Below are positions 12,215-22,493 of a stretch of 50,000 nt of DNA, in pieces. Every line of letters starts with the position of its first letter. The stretch's first letter is position 1. The DNA comes from Polyangiaceae bacterium (GTDB taxonomy: Bacteria; Myxococcota_A; Polyangia; Polyangiales; Polyangiaceae): the NCBI GenBank assembly GCA_035063585.1, contig JAPSGB010000033.1, positions 1-50,000 on the forward strand, in the 5' to 3' direction. A model generated the notes under the pieces. That model saw only the letters and a program-made list of their open reading frames with translations, searched no databases and was not told the DNA's origin. Made by a program: the position numbers and the translations under genes.

Positions 12215-13090
12215 ATGGCTCACGGCTCTCGCATTTGCCCTCACTGCGGCGGACTGAACAGCGTGGACGCGGAGCGCTGCTACCGCTGCGACGAGAAGCT
12301 GCCGGGCGCCGCGCTGACCGCGCTCGGCGGCCTCTATCGGTCGGTGCTCGGCGAGGAGTTTCAGCTCACCCGGCTCTTCATCGGCCTCTGCGGGGTGGTG
12401 TTCGTGCTGACCTATCTCGACGCTCAGGCGTACCTCGAGCGGGAGCACGTGGCGCGGGCGCTCTTCACCGGCGCGGGCCTCCGGCCGTCGACGCTCCTGC
12501 GGCTCGGCGCCCTGGTCGGCACGGTGGGCGACGCGGAGCCGTGGCGCTACCTCTCCGCCTGCTTCTTCCACTTCGGGATCCTGCACATCGGCTTCAACAT
12601 GGCGGCGCTCTGGGACGTCGGCCGCGTCATCGAGCAGCGGGTCGGCTCGGCGCGCTTCGTCGTCGTCTACGTCCTCACCGGCGTCGCGGGCTTCGTGGTG
12701 GGGGAAGCCTGGTACGGGCTGCAGGGGGTGCACCCGGCGACCGCCGGCGCGAGCGGCGCCATCTTCGGTCTCATCGGCGCGCTCATCGGCTACCTTTACG
12801 CGCGCCGTGACCCGGCCTGGAAGCAGTTCCTGGTTCGAGTCGGCGTGTACGCCGTGCTCTTCGGGCTGATCCTGCCGGTGAACAACGCCGCGCACCTCGG
12901 CGGCTTCGCAGTCGGCGTGCCGCTCGGCTATCTCTTCTACAAGGAGAGCCGGCCGTGGCGGCGCGCCAAGCTCTTCGGCTGGGTCGCCGCCGCGCTCGTG
13001 CTCGCCTGCGTGGGCTCGATCGCGCTCAGCGTCTGGTCGCCGTATTGGCGGATCCAGCGCGAGATCGAGGTCACGCGCGAGATCGGCTGA
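12215..13090 (+). CDS. Rhomboid intramembrane serine protease with N-terminal zinc ribbon
   Basis: CPHC..N....RCYRC; EPWR, HFGILHIGFN, catalytic GASG and AHLGG motifs. Confidence 0.92.
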   Translation: MAHGSRICPHCGGLNSVDAERCYRCDEKLPGAALTALGGLYRSVLGEEFQLTRLFIGLCGVVFVLTYLDAQAYLEREHVARALFTGAGLRPSTLLRLGALVGTVGDAEPWRYLSACFFHFGILHIGFNMAALWDVGRVIEQRVGSARFVVVYVLTGVAGFVVGEAWYGLQGVHPATAGASGAIFGLIGALIGYLYARRDPAWKQFLVRVGVYAVLFGLILPVNNAAHLGGFAVGVPLGYLFYKESRPWRRAKLFGWVAAALVLACVGSIALSVWSPYWRIQREIEVTREIG

Positions 13091-13124
13091 CGCCCCGGCG
13101 GGCCTCGACTACGCTCGCGGCGGG

Positions 13125-14336
13125 ATGCCGGTCGTCAATCCGCTCGCTCGCGAGCTGGTCTTCAAGATCGTGTACTCGGGGCCCGGCCTCGGCGGTAAGA
13201 CCACGAACCTGCAGCACGTCCACGCCGTGACGCGCCCCGAGCACCGCGGGAAGCTCGTGAGCCTCGCGACCCCGGTCGACCGCACGCTCTACTTCGATTT
13301 TCTGCCGATCCGCGTGCCCACGGTGCGGGGCATGAACGTGCGGGTCCAGCTCTTCACGGTGCCCGGGCAGGTCCATTTCAACGCCACTCGCAAGCTCGTC
13401 CTCACCGGCGCGGACGGCGTGGTGCTGATCGCCGACTCGCAGCGCGCGCGCGCCGACGCGAACCTCGAGAGCCTCGAGAACCTGATCGAGAACCTCGGCG
13501 AGCACGGGCACGCGCTCTCGGACTTCCCGCACGTGCTCGCCTACAACAAGCGTGATCTCTCGGAGATCACCCCGATCGAGGAGCTCGAGCGCCGGCTCAA
13601 TCGCTACGGCGCGCCGGCGTTTCCGGCGGTCGCCGCCCGGGGAGAGGGGGTCTTCGAGACGCTCGAGGCGATCGTTCGCGCCGTGCTCGGTGATTTCGAC
13701 CGGCGCATGCCCGGACCGCACGACGGAGAGCGGCTCGAGCTGGCGGTGCCCGAGGGCGGGCTCACCGAGGCGCTGCGCGGCTCGCTCGGGCTCGCCTCGG
13801 CCGGGCAGAGCGCGGCCGAGCCCAGCGCTCGGGCGGGGTCGGGGGGCGCGCCGGGCGCCGCGCGAGACATCCGCTCGCAAAGCGGCACGTTTCGCTTCGC
13901 CGAGCCCCCCGTGCCCGCGGCAGACGCGCTCGCGCGCGCGGTGGTCGAGCCGGACGCCGCCGAGGGCGCGGAGCATGGCGCCCCTTCACCGCTCGCGCCG
14001 AGTTTTTCCAGCCTGTTTCCCGCCGCCGAGGCCGCGGGGGTTCGCGAGCTCGAGGCGGCGCTCGCGCGCGGCGAGCACGAGAGCGCGGTCGCGCACGCCG
14101 AGCAGCTCGTGGCGCGTGCGCTCGCGAGCGCGGCCGCGGTCCTCGGCGGCTCGACGGACGCGCCGCGCGATCCCGCCACGGTCGCGCTCCTCATCGGCCT
14201 CGACGGCCGGCGCTACCTCGAGTTTCGCGCGCTGGTGCGCGACGCGCGGGCGGGGCGCGCGATCCCGGAGGAGCACGCGCTCGCGGCGTGGAGCTTCGCC
14301 GTCGAAGCGCGGATCGCGCGCCGCCGCTTGCGTTGA
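13125..14336 (+). CDS. MglA-family small GTPase with C-terminal extension
   Basis: KIVYSGPGLGGKTTNL, DRTLYFDFLP, FTVPGQ, LVLTGADGVV.IADSQ and YNKRDL; about 200 extra C-terminal residues. Confidence 0.9.
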   Translation: MPVVNPLARELVFKIVYSGPGLGGKTTNLQHVHAVTRPEHRGKLVSLATPVDRTLYFDFLPIRVPTVRGMNVRVQLFTVPGQVHFNATRKLVLTGADGVVLIADSQRARADANLESLENLIENLGEHGHALSDFPHVLAYNKRDLSEITPIEELERRLNRYGAPAFPAVAARGEGVFETLEAIVRAVLGDFDRRMPGPHDGERLELAVPEGGLTEALRGSLGLASAGQSAAEPSARAGSGGAPGAARDIRSQSGTFRFAEPPVPAADALARAVVEPDAAEGAEHGAPSPLAPSFSSLFPAAEAAGVRELEAALARGEHESAVAHAEQLVARALASAAAVLGGSTDAPRDPATVALLIGLDGRRYLEFRALVRDARAGRAIPEEHALAAWSFAVEARIARRRLR

Positions 14337-14355
14337 GCTTCGCCGCGGGGCGGCG

Positions 14356-15993
14356 CTAGCGCGGGTGGGCGCTGGCGCCGGTCGCGGCGCCGCCCACGGG
14401 CACGGTGCTCGTGGCCAGCCCGAGCTTTCCGATCCAGCTGCCGGAGAAGCTCGCCGGACCGGCCTCGTCGTCGACCCGTGCCACGCCGGCGGCGCTCACC
14501 TCGAGCTTGCCGGTCGTCCAGTCGTCGCCGGTGGCGTCCCGCACTCGTTGCCACAGGACCCCGAGGCCCGCGCGGCACAGCGCGGCGGCGCGCTCGGCGT
14601 CCAGGCCCGGCAGCGGCTCGAGCGCGCCGTGCGCGGTCAGGGTGTCGGCGACCGCCGAGCAGCCCACCGCGCGCTCGAGCGCCTCCGGCACCGACTGGGC
14701 GCCCGGGCTGTCGGCGAGCGCGGGCGCGACCGCGAGCGCCGTGAGGAGCCGCGAGGGCAGCCAGGCGAGCTGCGCGCCGAGCGCGACCGTGTCTCCCGTG
14801 TCGCCCGTCCACGACACGAGGTACCGCGTCGCGAAGCCGGCCTCGCTCGCGGCGATCCCGCCCACGCGCTCGAGCTCGAGCTCGGCGCTTCCCGCGCTCG
14901 GGGCCGCTCCGAAGAGATGCCCCTCGAAGGCCGCGCCCGAGCCGAGCGCGGCGACGCCCGCGGTCATCCAGGCCGTGAGGCGGTCGCGGAGGAGGGTCGG
15001 CGGCGTCGGCCCGCCGAGCGCGGCCGAGAGCAGCGCGTCCCACCCTCCCGCGCTGCGCGCATCGTCGAAGGCGCGCGCCTGGTCGGGCGTGAGCGACCCG
15101 CTCATCGCGTCGAGCAGCGCAGCGAGGTCGTCCGGCGCGCCGCCGAGCAGCGCGTCGGCGGTCGGCCCCGCGCGGGTCGCCAGCGGCTTTCGCCAGCCGT
15201 CACCGTCGAGGCCGAGCGCCACGTCGAGATCCGTTCCGCCGAGCTGCAGTGGGCGATCGATGACCGGGACCGACACGACGTTCAGCTCGTCGGCGAGGAC
15301 GCTCTTCAGATCGGCGCAGCCCCCGGCGAAGTGCCCCGCGCGCACCGTGACCGCGAGCAGCGGGCCGATGGGGACGGAGTCGATGCGTGGCGCGCTCGTC
15401 ACGAGGGACTGGGCGACCAGCGCGCCGTCCGGGGGAGGGGTCCCGGTGAGCGCCGCGCAGCTCGTGCCCGCGTGGACGCTCGCCACCCACATGCTGACCG
15501 CGCGTTTGCCCGCGTAGCTCGGCCTCACGTCGAGCGAGGCGAACCCGCTCGCGCTGACGCTCACCGGGAGCTCGGCGGTGACCCCCGCCCCGACCGACGC
15601 GCGGACCGTGAAGGCCGCCGGCCCGCCCGGCGCGACCAGCCGTACGCTCGCCGCGCCGTCGGCGTTGGTCAGGGCTTCGCCCGCGTCGAGCGAGGCGTCC
15701 GCGAACCCGCCGAGGAGCGCGAAGCGCACGAGGTAGGCGCCTCGCGGCGTCGCGCGCACGCTGAGCTCGCGGTGCTCGTTCGGTAAGAGCGTGATGGTCC
15801 GGCTCGGCTCGAAGACGAGCGCGTCCGGGACTGCCGGGGCGCCGCTGTCGCTCGCAGCGGCTCCTGCCGCGCCGGCGCCGTCCGCGGCGTCGAGCGAGCC
15901 GGCGCTCGAGCAGCCGAGCGCCGCGCCGAGCCCGAGCGCCGCCGCGAGCTTTGCGCGCCTGCCGGCCGCGCGGAGAAGAGAAGCGCTCACCAT
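14356..15993 (-). CDS. Putative lipoprotein with Ig-like segment
   Basis: Signal peptide with ALGC lipobox; beta-rich Ig-like stretch (ALTNADGAASVRL...FTVRAS). Confidence 0.7.
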   Translation of the reverse strand: MVSASLLRAAGRRAKLAAALGLGAALGCSSAGSLDAADGAGAAGAAASDSGAPAVPDALVFEPSRTITLLPNEHRELSVRATPRGAYLVRFALLGGFADASLDAGEALTNADGAASVRLVAPGGPAAFTVRASVGAGVTAELPVSVSASGFASLDVRPSYAGKRAVSMWVASVHAGTSCAALTGTPPPDGALVAQSLVTSAPRIDSVPIGPLLAVTVRAGHFAGGCADLKSVLADELNVVSVPVIDRPLQLGGTDLDVALGLDGDGWRKPLATRAGPTADALLGGAPDDLAALLDAMSGSLTPDQARAFDDARSAGGWDALLSAALGGPTPPTLLRDRLTAWMTAGVAALGSGAAFEGHLFGAAPSAGSAELELERVGGIAASEAGFATRYLVSWTGDTGDTVALGAQLAWLPSRLLTALAVAPALADSPGAQSVPEALERAVGCSAVADTLTAHGALEPLPGLDAERAAALCRAGLGVLWQRVRDATGDDWTTGKLEVSAAGVARVDDEAGPASFSGSWIGKLGLATSTVPVGGAATGASAHPR

Positions 15994-16091
15994 CGATCGA
16001 AGACGAATAGGCTCCTAGCCTAGAGCTTTCCCGCGCCGAGGCAAGCTTCGCGCGGTTGGTCACGCGCGCCGCGCCGGGTTAGCGTGACCCG

Positions 16092-17534
<1,443 letters not shown>

Positions 17535-17603
17535 GTTGCGGAGCTCGGCGGGGGCGGGTAAGCTGACGCCGAGCGCCGCGCGAGTGGGCGCGAAATCACG
17601 ACC

Positions 17604-18155
17604 ATGAGAGAGCTCATGAACGCGAGACGCGCGCGCGGCTTCACCCTGGTCGAGCTCATGGCGGTGGTCGTCATCGTAGGGATCCTCGCCGCGGTCGGCG
17701 TGGTGACCATGCGAAAGTACATCTTCGGCTCGAAATCGGTCGAGGCGCTCAGCATGATCCAGGCGATCCGCGCGGCTCAGGAGCGCTGGCGCGCGGAGAA
17801 CCAGGCCTACCTCGACGTCTCGGACACCATCGACACCTGGTATCCGATGGAGAACAAGCAGCCGAGCTCCACCTATTACTCGTGGGGCGGCGGCACGAGC
17901 CCGCTCGCCGGGCGCTGGCGCCTGCTCAACGTGTCGGTGAGCGATCGCGTGCAGTTCGGCTACACCACCAAGGCCGGCCCCGCCTTCACCGCGATGACCC
18001 CGCTCTCGGTCGCGAACCCGCCCACCTGGCCGGTCGCGAACGGCCCCTGGTACGTCATCCAGGCGAAGGGTGACGCGAACGACGACGGCGTCTACTCGAT
18101 GTTCGCGGCGAGCAGCCTGAACGGCGAGGTCCTCCGGCAGAACGAGGGCGAGTAG
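17604..18155 (+). CDS. Type IV pilin-like protein
   Basis: Prepilin cleavage/methylation motif RG|FTLVELMAVVVIVGILAA. Confidence 0.9.
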   Translation: MRELMNARRARGFTLVELMAVVVIVGILAAVGVVTMRKYIFGSKSVEALSMIQAIRAAQERWRAENQAYLDVSDTIDTWYPMENKQPSSTYYSWGGGTSPLAGRWRLLNVSVSDRVQFGYTTKAGPAFTAMTPLSVANPPTWPVANGPWYVIQAKGDANDDGVYSMFAASSLNGEVLRQNEGE

Positions 18156-18277
18156 TCGCGCGCTCGGCGCCGCTCGCCGAGGGGGCGACCCCAAGGGTCC
18201 GGGTGAGGGGGTGTCGGTGCGGCGCGGGCGCGGTGGGCACGGGCCCGGGCGCGGGCGCGGGCCCGGGCGCGGCCGTG

Positions 18278-18309
18278 AATTGTCACCGCCCGCTCGGCGA
18301 GTGACAATT
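18278..18309. promoter_or_regulatory. Inverted repeat, candidate enhancer (UAS) for PilR
   Basis: AATTGTCAC-N14-GTGACAATT, about 100 bp upstream of the predicted sigma54 start site. Confidence 0.6.
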
Positions 18310-18368
18310 TTCGCCCCGGAGCGCCCCGTTCATCGTGAAATCCCGCATGTTTATGGGTGAGCGCGGCG

Positions 18369-18384
18369 TGGCACGCTTCTAGCA
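18369..18384 (+). promoter_or_regulatory. Sigma54 -24/-12 promoter
   Basis: TGGCACGCTTCTAGCA with GG-N10-GC spacing, upstream of pilin genes and next to PilR. Confidence 0.75.
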
Positions 18385-18397
18385 AAGGCGACGAGCG

Positions 18398-18949
18398 ATG
18401 AATGCGCGCCGCACTCGAGATAGCGAGCGAGGCTACTCGCTCGTCGAGCTCATGGCCGTGATCATCATCGTCGGCGTGCTGGCGACGCTCGCCACCATCG
18501 GGGTCCGAAAATACGTGTTCGCGGCCAAGTCGAGCGAGGCCATCCACATGATCGGCGCCATCAAGGCGGCCGAGGAGGCCTACAAGGACGAGACGTTCGT
18601 CTACTTGAACGTCTCGACGGACATCGACTCGTACTACCCGACCCAGACGCCCAACGGGAAGACGAAGGTCCAGTGGGGCGGCACGGGCGGCGACCAGCCC
18701 GCGCGCTGGGGGCAGCTCGGCGTGAGCGTGGGCGCGCCCGTCCAGTACGGCTACGCCTGCGTCGCGGGCAAGGCCGGCGACAGCGTCCCGGATCCTGGTC
18801 TCCGCACCAACCCCTACGGCGCGGTCTCCACCACCGAGCCCTGGTACGTCGTCAAGGCGGTCGGGGACATGAACGACGACGGCGTCCAGTCCATCTTCAC
18901 GAGCTCGAGCTTCTCCACCGAGATCTTTTCTCAGAACGAGGACGAGTGA
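18398..18949 (+). CDS. Type IV pilin-like protein
   Basis: RG|YSLVELMAVIIIVGVLA prepilin motif (Tyr at +1). Confidence 0.9.
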   Translation: MNARRTRDSERGYSLVELMAVIIIVGVLATLATIGVRKYVFAAKSSEAIHMIGAIKAAEEAYKDETFVYLNVSTDIDSYYPTQTPNGKTKVQWGGTGGDQPARWGQLGVSVGAPVQYGYACVAGKAGDSVPDPGLRTNPYGAVSTTEPWYVVKAVGDMNDDGVQSIFTSSSFSTEIFSQNEDE

Positions 18950-19069
18950 TCGTCCTCGTCGCTTAGCGCATCGTCACGAGATCTGAAACCCCACGCTCCC
19001 ATTCAACCAAGCACCACGGGTCGCCATCGAGTGAACATCGAGCGCCGACCCCGACAAGGAGAACGACCC

Positions 19070-19669
19070 ATGGCAATCAAGAAGGTAACGAAGCGAGGCT
19101 TCACGCTCATCGAGCTCATGATCGTGGTGGCCATCATCGGCGTGCTCGCGGCGCTCGCCATCTATGGCGTCCGCAAGTACATCGCCAACGCGAAGACGGC
19201 GGAGGCGCGAAATAGCATCGGTCAGATGGCGAAGGACGCGAGCGCGGCGTACGCCAGGGAAGGGATGGCGCCGAGCGTGCTCACGCTGGGAGGCACGGCG
19301 GGCGTGAACAACAAGCTGTGCGCGGCGGCGAGCGCGACGGTTCCCGCGAGCAAGGGAAAGATCGCCGGTCAGAAATACCAGTCGAGTCCGGCCGAGTGGA
19401 ACGTGGACGGCACGAGCGACCACAAGGGGTTCGCCTGCGTCAAGTTCAGCATGACCGATCCGCAGTACTTCATGTATGGCTATAGCACCGCCGGCGGCGC
19501 CACCGGCGGCGCGGAGAACGACACGTTCACCGCGACCGCCAACGGCGATCTCAACGGGGACGGGGTGCTCTCGACCTTCTCGCTCACCGGGAAGATTCAG
19601 AAGGGCGCCAGCGGCGGGCTCGCGCTCACCATCGCGCCGAACATCGATGAGGCAAACCCCGAGGAGTGA
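19070..19669 (+). CDS. pilA: Type IVa major pilin
   Basis: AAGGAG SD then MAIKKVTKRG|FTLIELMIVVAIIGVLAALAI; two Cys; strong hairpin downstream. Confidence 0.88.
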   Translation: MAIKKVTKRGFTLIELMIVVAIIGVLAALAIYGVRKYIANAKTAEARNSIGQMAKDASAAYAREGMAPSVLTLGGTAGVNNKLCAAASATVPASKGKIAGQKYQSSPAEWNVDGTSDHKGFACVKFSMTDPQYFMYGYSTAGGATGGAENDTFTATANGDLNGDGVLSTFSLTGKIQKGASGGLALTIAPNIDEANPEE

Positions 19670-19715
19670 GCCTCGCGTGAGCGGTACGCGGCCCTGCCGA
19701 GGGCTGCGTCCGGCC

Positions 19716-19741
19716 GGGCCCCGCGGTGCTCCGCGGGGCCC
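19716..19741. terminator. 11-bp GC stem-loop after pilA
   Basis: GGGCCCCGCGG-TGCT-CCGCGGGGCCC between convergent pilA and GT-C genes. Confidence 0.55.
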
Positions 19742-19771
19742 GCGCTCGTTCCATGGGGGGAGAGGAGCCGG

Positions 19772-21937
19772 TCAGCGAGGGCGCGGCGGCTCCCAACCCA
19801 TGGGCTTGGACCACGCGCGCTCGAGCGCTGCGCGCTCGGGCGCGGTGAGCCCGTGCTCCGCGAGCGCGCGCCGGCTCGCCGGGAAGTCCCCGGCGCGCCA
19901 GGCGAGCTCCGCGTAGCCAACCGCCCCACCGGGCTCCGCGAGGAGCTCGCGGGCGAACGGGTCGAGCGCGGCGAGGGCGCGCCCGTAGGCACCGAGCCCG
20001 GAGAGCTCCTGCGCGCGGGCGACCGCGCCCGCGACTCCGGGCGCTCGCGCCCGCTCGTGCCAGCCTCTGGCTCGCTCGAGGCGGGCGCGCGCCTCGAGCG
20101 CGTCCGCGCCGTCAAGCGAGCTCGCGAGCCGTTCCGCGCCCGAATAGTCGCCCGCGCGCGCGAGGATCGTCGTGGCGCTCAGCCAAATCTTCGTGCAGGT
20201 GCGGCACGCCTGCGCCGCCTCGTGCGCGAGCCGGGTCGCGCGCGCGTCGTCGCCCAAGCGGCTCCGGAGCTCGGCCTCGCTGATTTGAAGCCGCGGGCGC
20301 ACCTCCCTGCGGCGGAGCGCGAGCCTCGGCTCGGCCGAGTCGAGCTCGAAGCGGAGCTCGGGCAAGACGAGGCGCGCCCTTTTCGCCGAGTCGTCGAGGA
20401 GCGCAGCGTAGAGCTCCGCGAGGGCGCGCAGCCGCGCCTCGTCTCGGTCGGGCGTCAGGAGCGCGAGCGCCTGGACGGCCTCGAGCGCGTGGAAGAGCTC
20501 GTAGCCGCTCTCACCATAGTATCGCTTCGCGAGCCGATACGTCTCGAGCGCCGCCTCGAACGCGCCGCCGAAATCTCGCGCTTCCATGGCAAACCGGATC
20601 TGGGTGGCGTTCGCGATGAGCGAGTCGGGGTTACGTGAGAGCTCGGCCTCCCAGAATCGCCGCTCGTCGCCGAACTCTCGAGCGCGCGCCACGCTGGCTC
20701 CGGCGGCAAGGACGCCGGCCGCGACGCCGAGCCCCACGAGCCCGCGCCCCCAGCGCGCGCTCACCTGCGGGCCGAGGGAAGCCAGGGAGAGCGCGACGCC
20801 GAGGAGCGGGAGATAGAGGAACCGGTCGCACGTCAGGGACGTGAGTCGAGTGAGCATCAGGTTCGAGGTTGGCACGAAGGCCACGAAGAAGAGCGCGAGC
20901 CCGAGCGCGACCCCAGGGCGGCGCCGGTGGAGCCGAGCCGCGAGCGCGGCGAGCGCGGCGAGCAGCAGCGCGCCGAGCGCGGCGTGCGGGACGCTCGCGA
21001 GGTACCTGCCCTCGACGATGCGAATGGGCGCGTGATCGATGGTGAGCTCGCGAGGTGCGACGATCCGCTCGAGCGCGTAGCCGAAGGTCTCGAGCACGAG
21101 GGTCGCGTGGGTGGTGAGCCGGGCGAGCACGGCGCTCACGCCGGCGTACGCTCCGATGGGCAGCACGAAATGGCGGAGCGCGAGGTAACCCGCCGCGAGC
21201 GCGAGCTCCGGCGCGGCCGCTCGCGCGACCCGGCGCGCGAGCGCGCGGTCGAGCGGCGGGCGCCCGGCGTGGACCCACACCTCGACCGCGACCAGCGCGG
21301 GCAGCACGATGGCGAGCTCCTTCGTGAGGAAGGCGCCCGCGACCCCGACGATCTCGAGCGCGCGCCCGCCCCGCGCCCCGCGGAGGCGTCGAGCGATCCC
21401 CGCGCTCGCGAGCAGGAGGAACGTCGCGCACATCGGATCGGTGCGCCCCGAGATCCAGGCTACGCTCTCGGCGCGAGTCGGGTGGACGGCGAGCAGGAGC
21501 GCGACGAGCGCCGCCGGTCGCCACGCGCCCGTCCAGCGGCGGAGCGCGAGGTAGGCGAGGGCGCTCGCGGCCGCGTGCCAGGCGAGATTGGTGACGTGAA
21601 AGACGAGCGGCGAGCCGCGCCCGAGCGCCCAGTCGAGCGCGTAGGAGGCGGTGACCAGCGGGCGGTAGTAGACGAGCCGCGTCGCGGGGTTCATCCCGTC
21701 GCTGTAGTCCCAGAAATCCGTGGTGAACCAGCGCGCGGCGTGCGCGAAGGAGTGCACGAACGGGTTGTCGGCGATGAGGAGCCGGTCGTCGTGGATGAAG
21801 CCGCCGCCGAGCGCGGACGCGAACGCCGCCGCGCCGAGGACGCCGATGAGCGCCGCGATGAGCGCCGGGCGCGGCTCCGCCGGAGCCGGCGCCTCGCGCG
21901 GCGACGGGGGGGGAGGCGACCTCGGCGCGCTCGACAT
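19772..21937 (-). CDS. TMTC-like GT-C membrane glycosyltransferase with C-terminal TPR-like region
   Basis: FIHDD..LI.DNP, DFW, YYRPL, HPTRAESVAWISGRTD, KELAI and DRFLYLP motifs over multiple TM helices; GGAGG SD before ATG 21937. Confidence 0.8.
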   Translation of the reverse strand: MSSAPRSPPPPSPREAPAPAEPRPALIAALIGVLGAAAFASALGGGFIHDDRLLIADNPFVHSFAHAARWFTTDFWDYSDGMNPATRLVYYRPLVTASYALDWALGRGSPLVFHVTNLAWHAAASALAYLALRRWTGAWRPAALVALLLAVHPTRAESVAWISGRTDPMCATFLLLASAGIARRLRGARGGRALEIVGVAGAFLTKELAIVLPALVAVEVWVHAGRPPLDRALARRVARAAAPELALAAGYLALRHFVLPIGAYAGVSAVLARLTTHATLVLETFGYALERIVAPRELTIDHAPIRIVEGRYLASVPHAALGALLLAALAALAARLHRRRPGVALGLALFFVAFVPTSNLMLTRLTSLTCDRFLYLPLLGVALSLASLGPQVSARWGRGLVGLGVAAGVLAAGASVARAREFGDERRFWEAELSRNPDSLIANATQIRFAMEARDFGGAFEAALETYRLAKRYYGESGYELFHALEAVQALALLTPDRDEARLRALAELYAALLDDSAKRARLVLPELRFELDSAEPRLALRRREVRPRLQISEAELRSRLGDDARATRLAHEAAQACRTCTKIWLSATTILARAGDYSGAERLASSLDGADALEARARLERARGWHERARAPGVAGAVARAQELSGLGAYGRALAALDPFARELLAEPGGAVGYAELAWRAGDFPASRRALAEHGLTAPERAALERAWSKPMGWEPPRPR

Positions 21938-22007
21938 CGGGTCCTCCAACCTAACACCGCGCGGCGGCGCCTGGCCGGCTCGCGCGCCATCGCGTAGAGT
22001 CGCCCGC

Positions 22008-22493
22008 GTGCGCTCGCTCACCCCCGTGGAGGCCGCCGCGGCGGTCGCGGTGCTCGGCTCGCTGCTGGCGGCGGGAGTGCCGGCGTTCGTGAAGAATCTC
22101 CACGCTTCGCGGCTGGTCGAGCCGATCGACGGGCTCGAGCGCATCGCCACGCGGGCGACCGCGCTCGCCGCCGGGCGCGCCGCCGAGCTCGCCTACCCGG
22201 AGAGCGTCGGGCTCACGCCCGCCGAGGTGCCGCGCGGCGTGCGGGTGACCGACCCGCCGGGGACCTGGGACCACCCGACCTGGCGCGAGCTCGGGTTCTC
22301 GTTCAGCGCGCCGCACGCCTTCAGCTTCGCGTTCGAGAGCGAGAACGCGGCCGGGCACGCCAGCTTCCGCGCGCTCGCGCACGGGGATCTCGACGGCGAC
22401 GGCGTGCTCAGCACCTTCCAGATCTCCGGGCAGACGCGCGACGGCGCGGAGCCCACGGTCGAGCCGATGGAGATGGACCGTGAGGTCGAGTAG
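22008..22493 (+). CDS. Atypical pilin-like protein
   Basis: GTG start, RSLTPVEAAAAVAVLGSLLAAGVP hydrophobic helix; C-terminal AHGDLDGDGVLSTF nearly identical to PilA ANGDLNGDGVLSTF. Confidence 0.7.
   Translation: MRSLTPVEAAAAVAVLGSLLAAGVPAFVKNLHASRLVEPIDGLERIATRATALAAGRAAELAYPESVGLTPAEVPRGVRVTDPPGTWDHPTWRELGFSFSAPHAFSFAFESENAAGHASFRALAHGDLDGDGVLSTFQISGQTRDGAEPTVEPMEMDREVE

Noticed and set aside
18222..18277. Run of GGGCGC/GGGCCC hexamers
   Set aside because: Low-complexity GC repeat or hairpin with no spacers; not a CRISPR array.
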